From positions 8,699 through 72,698 of the forward strand of contig CACHDJ010000002.1 of the NCBI GenBank assembly GCA_902578525.1: a stretch of 64,000 bases of DNA, written 5' to 3'. Numbering within the stretch: the stretch's first letter is position 1; each line of letters opens with the position of its first letter. Of this stretch, positions 52,212-61,685 are shown piece after piece. The position numbers and the translations under genes were made by a program. The DNA is from an uncultured Pelagibacteraceae bacterium (GTDB taxonomy: Bacteria > Pseudomonadota > Alphaproteobacteria > Pelagibacterales > Pelagibacteraceae). Under the pieces are notes generated by a model. The model ran no database searches. It worked only from the letters and a program-made list of their open reading frames with translations, and had not been told where the DNA came from.

Positions 52212-53300
52212 TTATTCTATAATTTCTTTTATTTCAGTAATTTGACCTATCTTAAAGATCATTGCATCTTCTTTTTTAAATCCGTATTTTTCAGCACTTT
52301 TTTTAAATCTGATTGGAGGTTCCATTATGGGCTCTAGAGATAAAACAAAAGTTCCCCAATGCATTCCTATCAATTTTTTACTATTTAAGTCTTTTCCTAC
52401 ACTTAGTGCTTCTTCTGGGTTGGTATGATAAACCGATTTATCTTTATAAGGCATTATTGGATAAAAATTATATGCACCAATATTAATGAAAGTTAAGTCG
52501 ATAGGGCCATATTTGTTACCAAGATCTTTATAGATATTACCAACACCTGTATCACAAGCAAAAAAGATTTTTTTTCCATCATACTCAATTAAAAAATTGC
52601 CCCACAAAGTTTTGTTTGTATCGGTTAAACTTCTTTTAGACCAATGAACTGCTGGAAGAAATGTAACCTTTAATTTTTCATTTATTATTATTTGATCATA
52701 CCAATCCATTTCGTTTACATCTTTATAACCATTTTTTGTAAAGTACTTACCCAACTTTAATGGTAGTAAAACTTTTGTATCCTTAAATGGAAATCTTCTT
52801 ATAGTCGTCATATCTTGATGATCATAATGATTATGTGTTAATAAAAATAAATCTATTTTAGGAATTTCTTTAAGTTTCAAAGAAGGTTCTGTAAATCTTT
52901 TTGGACCAAATATGAGAGGTCCAGCATTTTTAGAAAAAACAGGATCAGTAATAATAGTAGTTTCTCCTAACTTAATTATAAATGTAGCATGCCCAATCCA
53001 AGCAATATAATCTTCATCTTTTAGTTTATCCAAATCTGATAATACTTTTTCTTTACTTATAACGTGTTCCATAGGAATTGTCATATCGAGTTTTTTTTTC
53101 TCTTGATTAAAAATTTTATATGACCACTTAACGTTTTCGTCTCTTTTAGGGGATCCTTCTGGATTTCTAAAAGTGCCATCCTCTAAGTGATGATAAGGTT
53201 TTTTATCCATTGCTATTAGTAAACAATTATTATTAAAAATTAAAATAAAAAAGATTACAAAATTAAAGTATTTTATATTCGAAATTTTGAGTAGTTTCAT
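52212..53300 (-). CDS. MBL-fold metallo-hydrolase (NAPE-PLD/RomA-like), probably exported
   Basis: WIGHAT, TDPVFS, THNHYDH, PAVHWS, HWGTF; start uncertain. Confidence 0.88.
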   Translation of the reverse strand: MKLLKISNIKYFNFVIFFILIFNNNCLLIAMDKKPYHHLEDGTFRNPEGSPKRDENVKWSYKIFNQEKKKLDMTIPMEHVISKEKVLSDLDKLKDEDYIAWIGHATFIIKLGETTIITDPVFSKNAGPLIFGPKRFTEPSLKLKEIPKIDLFLLTHNHYDHQDMTTIRRFPFKDTKVLLPLKLGKYFTKNGYKDVNEMDWYDQIIINEKLKVTFLPAVHWSKRSLTDTNKTLWGNFLIEYDGKKIFFACDTGVGNIYKDLGNKYGPIDLTFINIGAYNFYPIMPYKDKSVYHTNPEEALSVGKDLNSKKLIGMHWGTFVLSLEPIMEPPIRFKKSAEKYGFKKEDAMIFKIGQITEIKEIIE

Positions 53301-53886
53301 TTATTTGCAAAAGTTTAGCACCATTTCTACTATGAAATTTTTTTGCCATTTCTGTAAGCGGTGAAAGTGTCACTAATCTATTCAAATGATTAGATTTTTT
53401 AATTTTTTTAAAAACTTCTTTAACAATTAATTTTCCCCCACCTTTTTTTTTGGACCAAACAGTGTATGCAATGGCAATCTTACCAATATTTTGATCTCTT
53501 TGGGCACTTTGTAGATATGCATCATGACTAAATTTATCTAATTCATCAATATCTTTTGGAATTTGGTTAGTATAAGCAAAGCACATAACTGCATGAATTT
53601 CTCCACCATACTTAACTCCATAAATTTTTCTTCCATAACTTCTTCTAAAAACATTATCTAACTCTGGTCTTACTGGGTCTTCATTTGTGTTACACTTTTT
53701 AAGCTCAACTAATTCAGCTCCTTTAATCCAATCAAATAAGCTATTAATATTCCTTCCAAGAATTTGCTTGTTTTTTCTTATTCTAGCTTTAAATCTAGGT
53801 TTAAATTTTTTTGTATTTTTTGAACTGTTACTATCTAGATATTTAGCTACTAGTTTTTCCCTTACATTTTTGAATATTTGTTTCAT
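53263..53886 (-). CDS. GNAT-fold protein with malonyl-CoA decarboxylase-like motifs
   Basis: AIAYTVWS, GGGKLIVKEV, VTLSP, FHSRNGA, NFEY. Confidence 0.65.
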   Translation of the reverse strand: MKQIFKNVREKLVAKYLDSNSSKNTKKFKPRFKARIRKNKQILGRNINSLFDWIKGAELVELKKCNTNEDPVRPELDNVFRRSYGRKIYGVKYGGEIHAVMCFAYTNQIPKDIDELDKFSHDAYLQSAQRDQNIGKIAIAYTVWSKKKGGGKLIVKEVFKKIKKSNHLNRLVTLSPLTEMAKKFHSRNGAKLLQINETTQNFEYKIL

Positions 53887-53976
53887 CCGAAATATTTAAT
53901 TTGCCAATAATTACTTATTAAAAATCGGACATCATATGATCATTTAGCAAATAAGCTATGACAATTTTTCATAAAA

Positions 53977-54141
53977 TTAGTAATACAATAATGCAAATAT
54001 AGCACCTAAAATAAGTAATAATATTACTATAATAACACTATTAATTTTTATGTTGAATTTTTTGTAAATTATTTCACTTATTTTTTCCCAAAATAAAACA
54101 ATTAAAAAGAAAATTACCGCTGGGATTATAAATTTAATCAT
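53977..54141 (-). CDS. Small 2-TM protein, 54 aa (not in ORF track)
   Basis: MIKFIIPAVIFFLIVLFWEKISEIIYKKFNIKINSVIIVILLLILGAIFALLYY; 3 nt after the regulator stop. Confidence 0.6.
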   Translation of the reverse strand: MIKFIIPAVIFFLIVLFWEKISEIIYKKFNIKINSVIIVILLLILGAIFALLYY

Positions 54142-54144
54142 TTT

Positions 54145-55575
54145 TTAATTTTCATCACCGACATAGACTGATACTCCTCTAGTATTGATATCAACATCAA
54201 ATTTTTTATGTAAAGGAGGAAATGCTCTTTGAGAACAGTCTAATCTATCGCAGGTTCTACATGATACACCAATTGGAATTTCTGTTGATTTATCACTCAC
54301 ATTAATATTCTCTGTGTATACAAAATCTTTTGCATATTTAGCATCACAACCAAGTCCGATTGATAAAATACTTTTTGATTGGCCAAATCTTCCAATTCCT
54401 TTTTCAACAGTCCTTGCAATACATACATATTTTTCACCATTTGTCATTTTACTTACTGCAGCCTGAATAACTCCGGGCCTAGTAAAAGCTGAATAAACAT
54501 TCCATCTTGGACATGCCCCACCATATCTGGGTATTTCAATTCCTGATAAAGAAAATCTTTTTGAAATATTTCCAGCCATATCTACTCTTAAAAAGTGAAA
54601 TGGTATTCCTGGCAACTTTGGATCTTGTAAACATGTAACTCTATGAGCGACTTGCTCAAAAGATGTAGCAAAAGTATTTTGCAATAATTCTAAATCATAC
54701 TTAAGTTTTTTACATTCAGAATGAAAAAGTTTATAAGGCATCAAAATAGCAGCACCACAATAATTAAGTAATGCAACTTTCGATAATTTTTTAGACTCCT
54801 CTGATGGAAAAGTGAAATTAGATAGATAATCTTCTATTTCTTTGCTTGCTCCCTCTTGAGCAATTTGAGCTGCCGCATGAAGCTTTTTTGTTTCTAAAGA
54901 GCTATAATCACTCAATAATAATTCTTTTTTATTTTTATAATAAATTTTTGAAAATGGCTTATTTTCCTCAGGTATTACATCTTTGACTTTTATTCCATAT
55001 TCAGATTTTAAATAATCGCAAAGAGCAATATATCTTGTTCGATTATTTTTTTGAACTTTTTCAAAAACTTTATTCGCAAAATCTTCAAGTTTTGGAAAAT
55101 AATTTTTGTTTTCTTGAAGAAAATCAGAAATAACTTCACCTGGAAAAGAGTTTTTTCTATTATCAACAATTTTACCCGAAATTTTTTCAATTTTATTAAC
55201 TAACTCATGATCTTTTTTCTTAAGAATGTCCCCTAATCTTACAATTGCTTTTCCTATTTTTGGATTTGTTCCAACTAGATCTTTTACTTCAGGTCCAAGA
55301 ATATCCAGGTCTTCAAATAGTTTATCATCTAAAATCTCAGATAATGTATTTTCCAAGTTAATATCTGTTTTTGATGTTAATTGGGAAAGTTCAATATTTA
55401 ACTTTTCACAAATTTTAAGTAAAAGATCTCCATCGATTTTTCTTTTACCTCCCTCTATAAGATTTAAATAGCTTGGAGATATCCCCAAATCCTCTGCAAT
55501 TTTGTTAGCTTGAAGGCCTAGTTGTCTTCGAAAAGCTTTAATTTTTGGCCCTATTTTTAAATCTAATTGACTCAT
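54145..55575 (-). CDS. ScfR-family short-chain fatty acyl-CoA regulator (RamB/PccR/PrpR-like; XRE HTH)
   Basis: LGISPSYLNLIE HTH, SFEQVAHR, RVDMAGNISKR, GACPRW, IGVSCRTCDRLDCSQRAFP; divergent from aceA. Confidence 0.92.
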   Translation of the reverse strand: MSQLDLKIGPKIKAFRRQLGLQANKIAEDLGISPSYLNLIEGGKRKIDGDLLLKICEKLNIELSQLTSKTDINLENTLSEILDDKLFEDLDILGPEVKDLVGTNPKIGKAIVRLGDILKKKDHELVNKIEKISGKIVDNRKNSFPGEVISDFLQENKNYFPKLEDFANKVFEKVQKNNRTRYIALCDYLKSEYGIKVKDVIPEENKPFSKIYYKNKKELLLSDYSSLETKKLHAAAQIAQEGASKEIEDYLSNFTFPSEESKKLSKVALLNYCGAAILMPYKLFHSECKKLKYDLELLQNTFATSFEQVAHRVTCLQDPKLPGIPFHFLRVDMAGNISKRFSLSGIEIPRYGGACPRWNVYSAFTRPGVIQAAVSKMTNGEKYVCIARTVEKGIGRFGQSKSILSIGLGCDAKYAKDFVYTENINVSDKSTEIPIGVSCRTCDRLDCSQRAFPPLHKKFDVDINTRGVSVYVGDEN

Positions 55576-55583
55576 GTTTTCTA

Positions 55584-55687
55584 TTTGTAAATTTTGTAAA
55601 TTTATTTTTACATTTTTTTTCTCTAATTTACAAGGTTTTTAAACTTTTTTATGGATTTTGTAAATCCTGTAAATTATAAAATTTACA
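55584..55687. promoter_or_regulatory. Array of TTTGTAAA/TTTACA boxes, putative ScfR operators
   Basis: TGTAAA at 55586, 55595, 55659, 55668; TTTACA at 55607, 55627, 55682. Confidence 0.65.
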
Positions 55688-55848
55688 TGGACGAAAAATT
55701 AAAAAACATTGAAAATGAAGCTCAAATCATACGTCACGAAGATATAGTGAAACACAACAGTAGAGGGATCTATATGAGAGATGATCACTGTGATTGGGGT
55801 TCAAGTGGAATGAACGATCTTGCTGAAACACTAAACGACAGCAATTAA
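55687..55848 (+). CDS. Small acidic protein upstream of aceA, 53 aa
   Basis: MDEKLKNIENEAQIIRHEDIVKHNSRGIYMRDDHCDWGSSGMNDLAETLNDSN; start 55687 preferred over 55651. Confidence 0.65.
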   Translation: MDEKLKNIENEAQIIRHEDIVKHNSRGIYMRDDHCDWGSSGMNDLAETLNDSN

Positions 55849-55916
55849 TTCATTTAACTAAGTTCAATTTTCTTCAACACTTTTCTAACAACTTAACGAA
55901 AAGGATATTAAAATAA

Positions 55917-57191
55917 ATGGGCGCTGAAAAAATCTCTTATGATCTAAAAAGATTTGCAGGAATAAAAAGGGACTATACTCCTGAAGAAGTTGAAAGATTG
56001 AGAGGTTCTATTAAAATTGAGTATTCAATGTGTAAACATCAATCAACAAAATTGTGGAATCTTTTAAATTCAGAACCTTACGTTAATACTTTAGGCTCTC
56101 TATCAGGAAATCATGCAGTACAACATGCCAAAGCTGGATTAAAAGCTATATATTTAAGTGGGTGGCAAGTTGCGGCTGATGCTAATAGTGCTGGAGAAAT
56201 GTATCCAGACCAATCTTTATATCCTTATGACAGTGCACCTAAATTAGTTGAATCAATGAATAATGCTTTGATTAGAGCTGATCAAATTCAACATATGGAA
56301 ATAAAAGATGGCGAAATGAAAGATAAGAATAAAGTAGATTATATGCTTCCTATTATTGCTGATGGTGAAGCTGGTTTTGGTGGACCTTTGAATGTATTTG
56401 AATTAGCAAAAAAATTTATTAAAGCAGGCGCTGCGGGTGTTCATTTTGAAGATCAATTAGCAAGTGAAAAAAAATGTGGTCACATGGGTGGTAAAGTTCT
56501 TGTACCAACGAGCACAATGATCAAAAATTTAAAAGCAGCTAGATTAGCTGCTGACATTGCAGATGTACCTTTAATCATATTAGCTAGAACAGATGCTAAT
56601 GCTGCAAAACTAATAACCAACGATCATGATGAAAATGATAAACCTTTTATGACAGGTGAGAGATCTCCAGAAGGATTTTATTATGTTAAAGCAGGAATTG
56701 AACAGGCAATTTCTAGAGGATTAGCTTACGCTCCATATTCAGATTTGATCTGGTGTGAGACTGCAACTCCAAATCTTGAGGAAGCAAAAAAATTTGCTGA
56801 TGCTATTCATGAGAAATTTCCAGGTAAACTTTTAGCTTATAATTGTTCTCCTTCATTCAATTGGAAAAAACATTTATCTGACGCACAGATTTCCTCATTT
56901 CAGCAAGAAATAAGTAAAATGGGTTACAAGTTTCAATTCATAACTCTTGCTGGATTTCATACTCAAAATATTGCAATTTTTGAATTAGCAGAAAAATATA
57001 AAAAAGAAGGTATGTCTGCTTATTCAAAGATTCAAGAACAAGAATTTGCTCGTGAAAAAGATGGTTATACAAGTGTTAAACATCAAAGAGAAGTTGGTAC
57101 TTCATATTTTGATGCAGTTTCAAATACTATTAGTAGCGGAAAAAGTTCAACCACCGCAATGGATGGTTCAACTGAGTCTGAACAATTCTAA
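55917..57191 (+). CDS. aceA: Isocitrate lyase
   Basis: [38 protein letters not shown]. Confidence 0.98.
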   Translation: MGAEKISYDLKRFAGIKRDYTPEEVERLRGSIKIEYSMCKHQSTKLWNLLNSEPYVNTLGSLSGNHAVQHAKAGLKAIYLSGWQVAADANSAGEMYPDQSLYPYDSAPKLVESMNNALIRADQIQHMEIKDGEMKDKNKVDYMLPIIADGEAGFGGPLNVFELAKKFIKAGAAGVHFEDQLASEKKCGHMGGKVLVPTSTMIKNLKAARLAADIADVPLIILARTDANAAKLITNDHDENDKPFMTGERSPEGFYYVKAGIEQAISRGLAYAPYSDLIWCETATPNLEEAKKFADAIHEKFPGKLLAYNCSPSFNWKKHLSDAQISSFQQEISKMGYKFQFITLAGFHTQNIAIFELAEKYKKEGMSAYSKIQEQEFAREKDGYTSVKHQREVGTSYFDAVSNTISSGKSSTTAMDGSTESEQF

Positions 57192-57222
57192 TAAAATAAT
57201 TCCTCTTTAATATTAGATTAGT

Positions 57223-57254
57223 GAATAACTAACCCAGAAATGGGTTGGTTATTT
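57223..57254 (+). terminator. Stem-loop after aceA
   Basis: GAATAACTAACCCA-GAAA-TGGGTTGGTTATTT; GNRA loop. Confidence 0.7.
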
Positions 57255-57293
57255 AAATGTTTGTAATCTTTATTCTGTGTGATATTAGCCCCT

Positions 57294-58433
57294 ATGGTTA
57301 ATAAAAATTTTGGTTTTGGAACTCAAATAAGAAAATCACCTTACTTTGAAGCAACAGTTAAATGGGGAGCGACAGGTTTTTCAGTTTATAATCACATGTA
57401 TATTCCTAGGGATTTTGGAAATCCAGAGCAGAATTTTTGGAACTTGATTGAGAAAGCAATTCTCTGTGATGTTGCCGTTGAAAGACAAGTAGAAATTACT
57501 GGCCCAGATGCATATGAATTTACACAGTTACTAACGCCTAGAGATCTCTCAAAATTAGATATAGGCCAATGTAAATACGTATTAATCACTAATAGTGAGG
57601 GGGGGATTTTAAATGATCCAGTGCTTTTAAGGCTAGGAGAAAATCATTTTTGGCTCTCTCTTGCAGACAGTGATATTTTATTATGGGCTCAAGGTGTTGC
57701 TGTAAATTCTGGATTAAATGTTAAAATTATTGAACCCGATGTATCTCCTTTGCAAATCCAGGGGCCTGTTTCAGATAAAGTTATGGTTAAATTATTTGAT
57801 GAAGGCATCAAAGATCTTAAATATTATTGGTTTAAAGAATATGAGCTTGATGGAATTCCATTAATTATTTCGAGAACTGGATGGTCAAGCGAATTTGGAT
57901 ATGAAATATTTTTGAGAGATGGTTCTAAAGGAAATGAACTTTACGAAAAAATTATGGAGGCTGGAAAAGAATATGGTTTACAGCCTGGTCATACTTCTTC
58001 CATAAGAAGAATTGAAGGTGGAATGCTTTCTTATCACGCTGATGCAGATATATATACAAATCCTTTTGAATTAGGTTTGGACAGATTGGTTAATTTAGAT
58101 AGTAAAATTAACTTTATTGGAAAAGAAGCATTAAAAAAAATAAAACAAGAAGGAATTAAAAGAAAGCAAGTTGGTTTAGAATTAGATTGTAAACCATTGA
58201 AAGGCCCTAATACAACTTTTTGGTCAATTCAAAAGGATAATAAAAAAATTGGTAAAGTTACATCAGCAATATATTCACCTAGACTAAAAAAAAATATAGC
58301 ACTTGCAATGGTAGAAATTAATCATTCAACAATTGGAAATAATTTAAAAGTTATTGTTAATGATAATGAGATCAATTCTAAAGTAATTGAAAAACCTTTT
58401 TACGATCCTAAAAAAAAAATTGCTTCATCCTAA
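57294..58433 (+). CDS. GcvT-family aminomethyltransferase/demethylase (DmdA-related paralog)
   Basis: VYNHMYIP, DVAVERQVEITG, NDPVLL, SRTGWS, RRIEGGMLSY; ATG 57294 or GTG 57279. Confidence 0.88.
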   Translation: MVNKNFGFGTQIRKSPYFEATVKWGATGFSVYNHMYIPRDFGNPEQNFWNLIEKAILCDVAVERQVEITGPDAYEFTQLLTPRDLSKLDIGQCKYVLITNSEGGILNDPVLLRLGENHFWLSLADSDILLWAQGVAVNSGLNVKIIEPDVSPLQIQGPVSDKVMVKLFDEGIKDLKYYWFKEYELDGIPLIISRTGWSSEFGYEIFLRDGSKGNELYEKIMEAGKEYGLQPGHTSSIRRIEGGMLSYHADADIYTNPFELGLDRLVNLDSKINFIGKEALKKIKQEGIKRKQVGLELDCKPLKGPNTTFWSIQKDNKKIGKVTSAIYSPRLKKNIALAMVEINHSTIGNNLKVIVNDNEINSKVIEKPFYDPKKKIASS

Positions 58434-59197
58434 GATTTAATATTATATCCGTTCCGAAGGAGAGTGGTTACAGCAGTTATACAAATTACTAAAAATAGTA
58501 TCATTGAGCTTACACTTATCCAAATATTAAAATCTGAAACTCCATAAAATGCATATCTTAAACCATTAATTAAATAAACTACTGGGTTAAAATAGGTTAC
58601 AGTTTGCCAAAAAGGAGGTAGCATATCTAGTGAATATAAACTTCCACCCAAAAATACCATTGGAGTAATAACTAATGTTGGAATAACTGATAATTGCTCA
58701 AAATTAGAACTCATTAACCCAATTAAAAATCCAAATAAAGCGAATGTAAATGCAACTAATATTAGCAAGCAAATCATTAATAAAGGTTTTTCAACATAAA
58801 CTTCTACAAAAAATGTTGATGTGAAAAAGATTACCACACCAACAATTAAAGTCTTAGTAGCTCCTGCACCTACAAAAGCTAGGACGGTTTCAAAGGTTGA
58901 TATTGGAGCTGCTAAAATTTCATAAATTGTTCCATTGAATTTTGGAAAAAATATTCCAAAAGAAGTGTTACTTATAGATTGTGTTAAAAGAGTTAACATT
59001 AACAGCCCAGGTACAATATAAGATCCATAACTTATACCATCTATATTTTCTACATATCCTCCAATAACTGAACCAAAAACAATAAAATATAAAGATGTAG
59101 ACAATACTGGAGATATAAGTGATTGTAACAGTGTTCTTCTGAAACGATCCATTTCATGTAAATAAATTGCTTTTGTGCCCTGAAAATTAAATTTCAT
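58430..59197 (-). CDS. ABC-2 transporter permease (YadH-like)
   Basis: SPVLSTSLYFIVFG, IVPGLLM, FLGG, NPVVYLING. Confidence 0.9.
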   Translation of the reverse strand: MKFNFQGTKAIYLHEMDRFRRTLLQSLISPVLSTSLYFIVFGSVIGGYVENIDGISYGSYIVPGLLMLTLLTQSISNTSFGIFFPKFNGTIYEILAAPISTFETVLAFVGAGATKTLIVGVVIFFTSTFFVEVYVEKPLLMICLLILVAFTFALFGFLIGLMSSNFEQLSVIPTLVITPMVFLGGSLYSLDMLPPFWQTVTYFNPVVYLINGLRYAFYGVSDFNIWISVSSMILFLVICITAVTTLLRNGYNIKS

Positions 59198-60119
59198 TAT
59201 TCTCTCTTACTAAATTGACAAATATTTTTTCTAGCGTGCTTTGTTCAGTTTTTAAATCTCTAAGTTTTAAACCTGAGTCCTTCAAATCTTGTAATAAATT
59301 GGTAATTCCAGTCTGCTTTTTAACACTATATATATAATCTAATGACATTTTATTTTTTCCTAACTTAAGATTATATCTATCAAGGGATTTTGGTATATTT
59401 TCAATTTTTTCTTGAAGTTCAACAGTTAACGTTTTGTGTCCCATTTCATCTAAAAGTTCTTTAGTTTTTTCAACTACTATAATTTCACCTTGATTAATAA
59501 CCCCCACTCGATCAGCGATTGCTTCCGCTTCTTCAATATAATGTGTTGTTAGAATTATTGTTACACCTGTGTTCCTTAAAGATTCAACTACTTTCCACAT
59601 ATCTTGTCTCAACTCTACATCAACTCCAGCTGTAGGTTCATCCAAAAATAATATCTTTGGTTCATGAGATAAGGCCTTTGCAATCAAAACTCTTCGTTTC
59701 ATACCTCCAGATAATTGTCGAAGTTTAAGATCTTTTTTATCCCATAAACTTAATTGTTTTAAAATCTTTTCTATATGTTTTGGGTTAGGTTTTTTTCCAT
59801 AAAGTCCTCGAGAGTATGAGACATTATTAAAAACAGTTTCAAATTGTTCTAAAGTTAATTCTTGAGGAACTAGCCCAATTCTTGATCGAGTTTCTCTATA
59901 GTCTTTAATTATGTCATAATTTTCAACTGATACATTGCCAGAAGAAGAAGTTACAATACCACAGATAATATTTATTAGTGTTGTTTTACCGGCACCGTTA
60001 GGACCAAGCATTGCAAAAATTTCACCCTTTTTGATATTCAAATTTATTTTTTTTAAAGCAGTGAAACCATTGTCATAAATTTTTGAAAGATCATTAATTA
60101 CTATTTGATTATCTGTCAT
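59187..60119 (-). CDS. ABC transporter ATPase (YadG-like)
   Basis: GPNGAGKTT, LSGGMKRR, LDEPTAGVD. Confidence 0.93.
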   Translation of the reverse strand: MTDNQIVINDLSKIYDNGFTALKKINLNIKKGEIFAMLGPNGAGKTTLINIICGIVTSSSGNVSVENYDIIKDYRETRSRIGLVPQELTLEQFETVFNNVSYSRGLYGKKPNPKHIEKILKQLSLWDKKDLKLRQLSGGMKRRVLIAKALSHEPKILFLDEPTAGVDVELRQDMWKVVESLRNTGVTIILTTHYIEEAEAIADRVGVINQGEIIVVEKTKELLDEMGHKTLTVELQEKIENIPKSLDRYNLKLGKNKMSLDYIYSVKKQTGITNLLQDLKDSGLKLRDLKTEQSTLEKIFVNLVRENNEI

Positions 60120-60166
60120 TAAAGCAGATATATAACTATTAATTCTATTAATACAATCGAGTAATG

Positions 60167-61609
60167 CTAAAACTTTTTAGCTTTAAAAATGAAGTATGGT
60201 AGAAAAGTTGCTACTATAAAAGATAAAAACAATAAAGATTGTGAAACAAAAGGAGCAAATAATTCCTTTGGTATAAAAATTCCAACTAATAAACTTTTTG
60301 AAAAATCAGGTGCGGGAAACAATAAGAAACCTCCGACAAGTCCAATTATTATTGAAATATATGCTGTCTTTTCATTAATATTCTTATTATAAAAACTATA
60401 GAAGACAGTTAAAACAAAAGCACAACAAAATAAGTCAGCTAATAAAAATAAGTATAAAATATCAAATCCTTTTGAAGCGACAATAAAAGAAATAATACTT
60501 AAAAAAACAATTATATATTTAGAAAAATTTAAATAATCTATCTTTTTCTTAAAATTAAACATAGCTTTACCATCGACAACAATTAAACTTGATATTGCGT
60601 TAATTAAAGTATCAACCGTCGAAATAGCTAAAGCTAAACCAAGTATGATTATAATTAAAGACAATAAAGTAGTTTGTTCTTTAAGTAGTAATGAAAAAAA
60701 ACCAAGATCAGGTCTAATATTAGAATCAATTGAAAAAGCAACCATCCCAGAAAACCCCATATAAAAAACAATTGGTATTATTATAAAAAAAGAAATAATT
60801 AAACTTTTCCTTAATACATCAAAATTTTTTGCAGCATAAACACGTTGCCAATTTCCTTGATGGAATAAATTGGTTGCAGCTACTGCGATAAAAAATGTTA
60901 AACCAGCTGTATAACTTGGCACATAAGAACTACTCAAAAGATGAGGATTTTTTTCTTTTATAAAATCAAAAGAAAATTGAGATCCAACAAAAGATTTTAT
61001 ATATATAATTGAAATTAATAATAAAATTCCAATAACAATTATTTGAATATTATCTGTAAAAATTGATGCTTTTAAACCTCCATACAAAGTATAAATCAAT
61101 GTTGATAAAAGTACTATAAAAGCAGTTATCCAAAGTTCTGTTCCAGATATATAGTTAATCAAAACTGCAACAGCGGTGATTTCTGCGCATAGGAAAATAA
61201 ACATATAAAAAATAGTTATTAACAAAATAAGTTTAAATAAATTTTTTCCAAACTTTTTACGCATAAACTCTATTAAAGAAGATCCTTTAGGAAATTCTTT
61301 TCTAATTTTTTTTCCTAAATAAATTAAAAAAAACATTGGGAATGCGGTTCCTAGAGAATAACCAATAATAGACCCAATTCCCCCCCAAGTCGCTGCTGAA
61401 GCCGGACCAAACAATATCCAAGCACCTAATGCAGATGCAGTTAAGCTTGTAGTTAAAGAAAATAATCCAATATTTCTATTAGCAGTTAAATAGTTATTAA
61501 GTCCTTGATTTTTTTTTGAATGATAAATTCCTACCAATGCAAATATTAAACTTATAAGAATTATTAGTATTAGGGATGTAGATTGATTTATAAAATATGT
61601 TTTATCCAT
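60167..61609 (-). CDS. thiV: Sodium:solute symporter, ThiV-like (thiamin-pyrimidine precursor uptake)
   Basis: SSS motifs (YTLYGGLKASIFTD, WQRVYAA, STVDT); TPP-type aptamer directly upstream. Confidence 0.8.
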   Translation of the reverse strand: MDKTYFINQSTSLILIILISLIFALVGIYHSKKNQGLNNYLTANRNIGLFSLTTSLTASALGAWILFGPASAATWGGIGSIIGYSLGTAFPMFFLIYLGKKIRKEFPKGSSLIEFMRKKFGKNLFKLILLITIFYMFIFLCAEITAVAVLINYISGTELWITAFIVLLSTLIYTLYGGLKASIFTDNIQIIVIGILLLISIIYIKSFVGSQFSFDFIKEKNPHLLSSSYVPSYTAGLTFFIAVAATNLFHQGNWQRVYAAKNFDVLRKSLIISFFIIIPIVFYMGFSGMVAFSIDSNIRPDLGFFSLLLKEQTTLLSLIIIILGLALAISTVDTLINAISSLIVVDGKAMFNFKKKIDYLNFSKYIIVFLSIISFIVASKGFDILYLFLLADLFCCAFVLTVFYSFYNKNINEKTAYISIIIGLVGGFLLFPAPDFSKSLLVGIFIPKELFAPFVSQSLLFLSFIVATFLPYFIFKAKKF

Positions 61610-61682
61610 TTTTATCCCTTTCTGAATTACCGGACAGGTTCTTAGGGTTTGATCTCAGTCTGTTAAGACACCCCTTGAAATA
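61610..61682 (-). promoter_or_regulatory. TPP-class riboswitch (variant)
   Basis: UUUCAAGGGGUGUCUUAACAGACUGAGAUCAAACCCUAAGAACCUGUCCGGUAAUUCAGAAAGGGAU: P2 AGGG/CCCU, P3, UGAGA, ACCUG, UAAU loop; TATAAT at 61690-61685. Confidence 0.85.
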
Positions 61683-61685
61683 TAA

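Noticed and set aside
57294-58433. Calling this gene dmdA or gcvT
   Set aside because: Diagnostic segments differ from DmdA as I recall it, and no glycine-cleavage partners are adjacent
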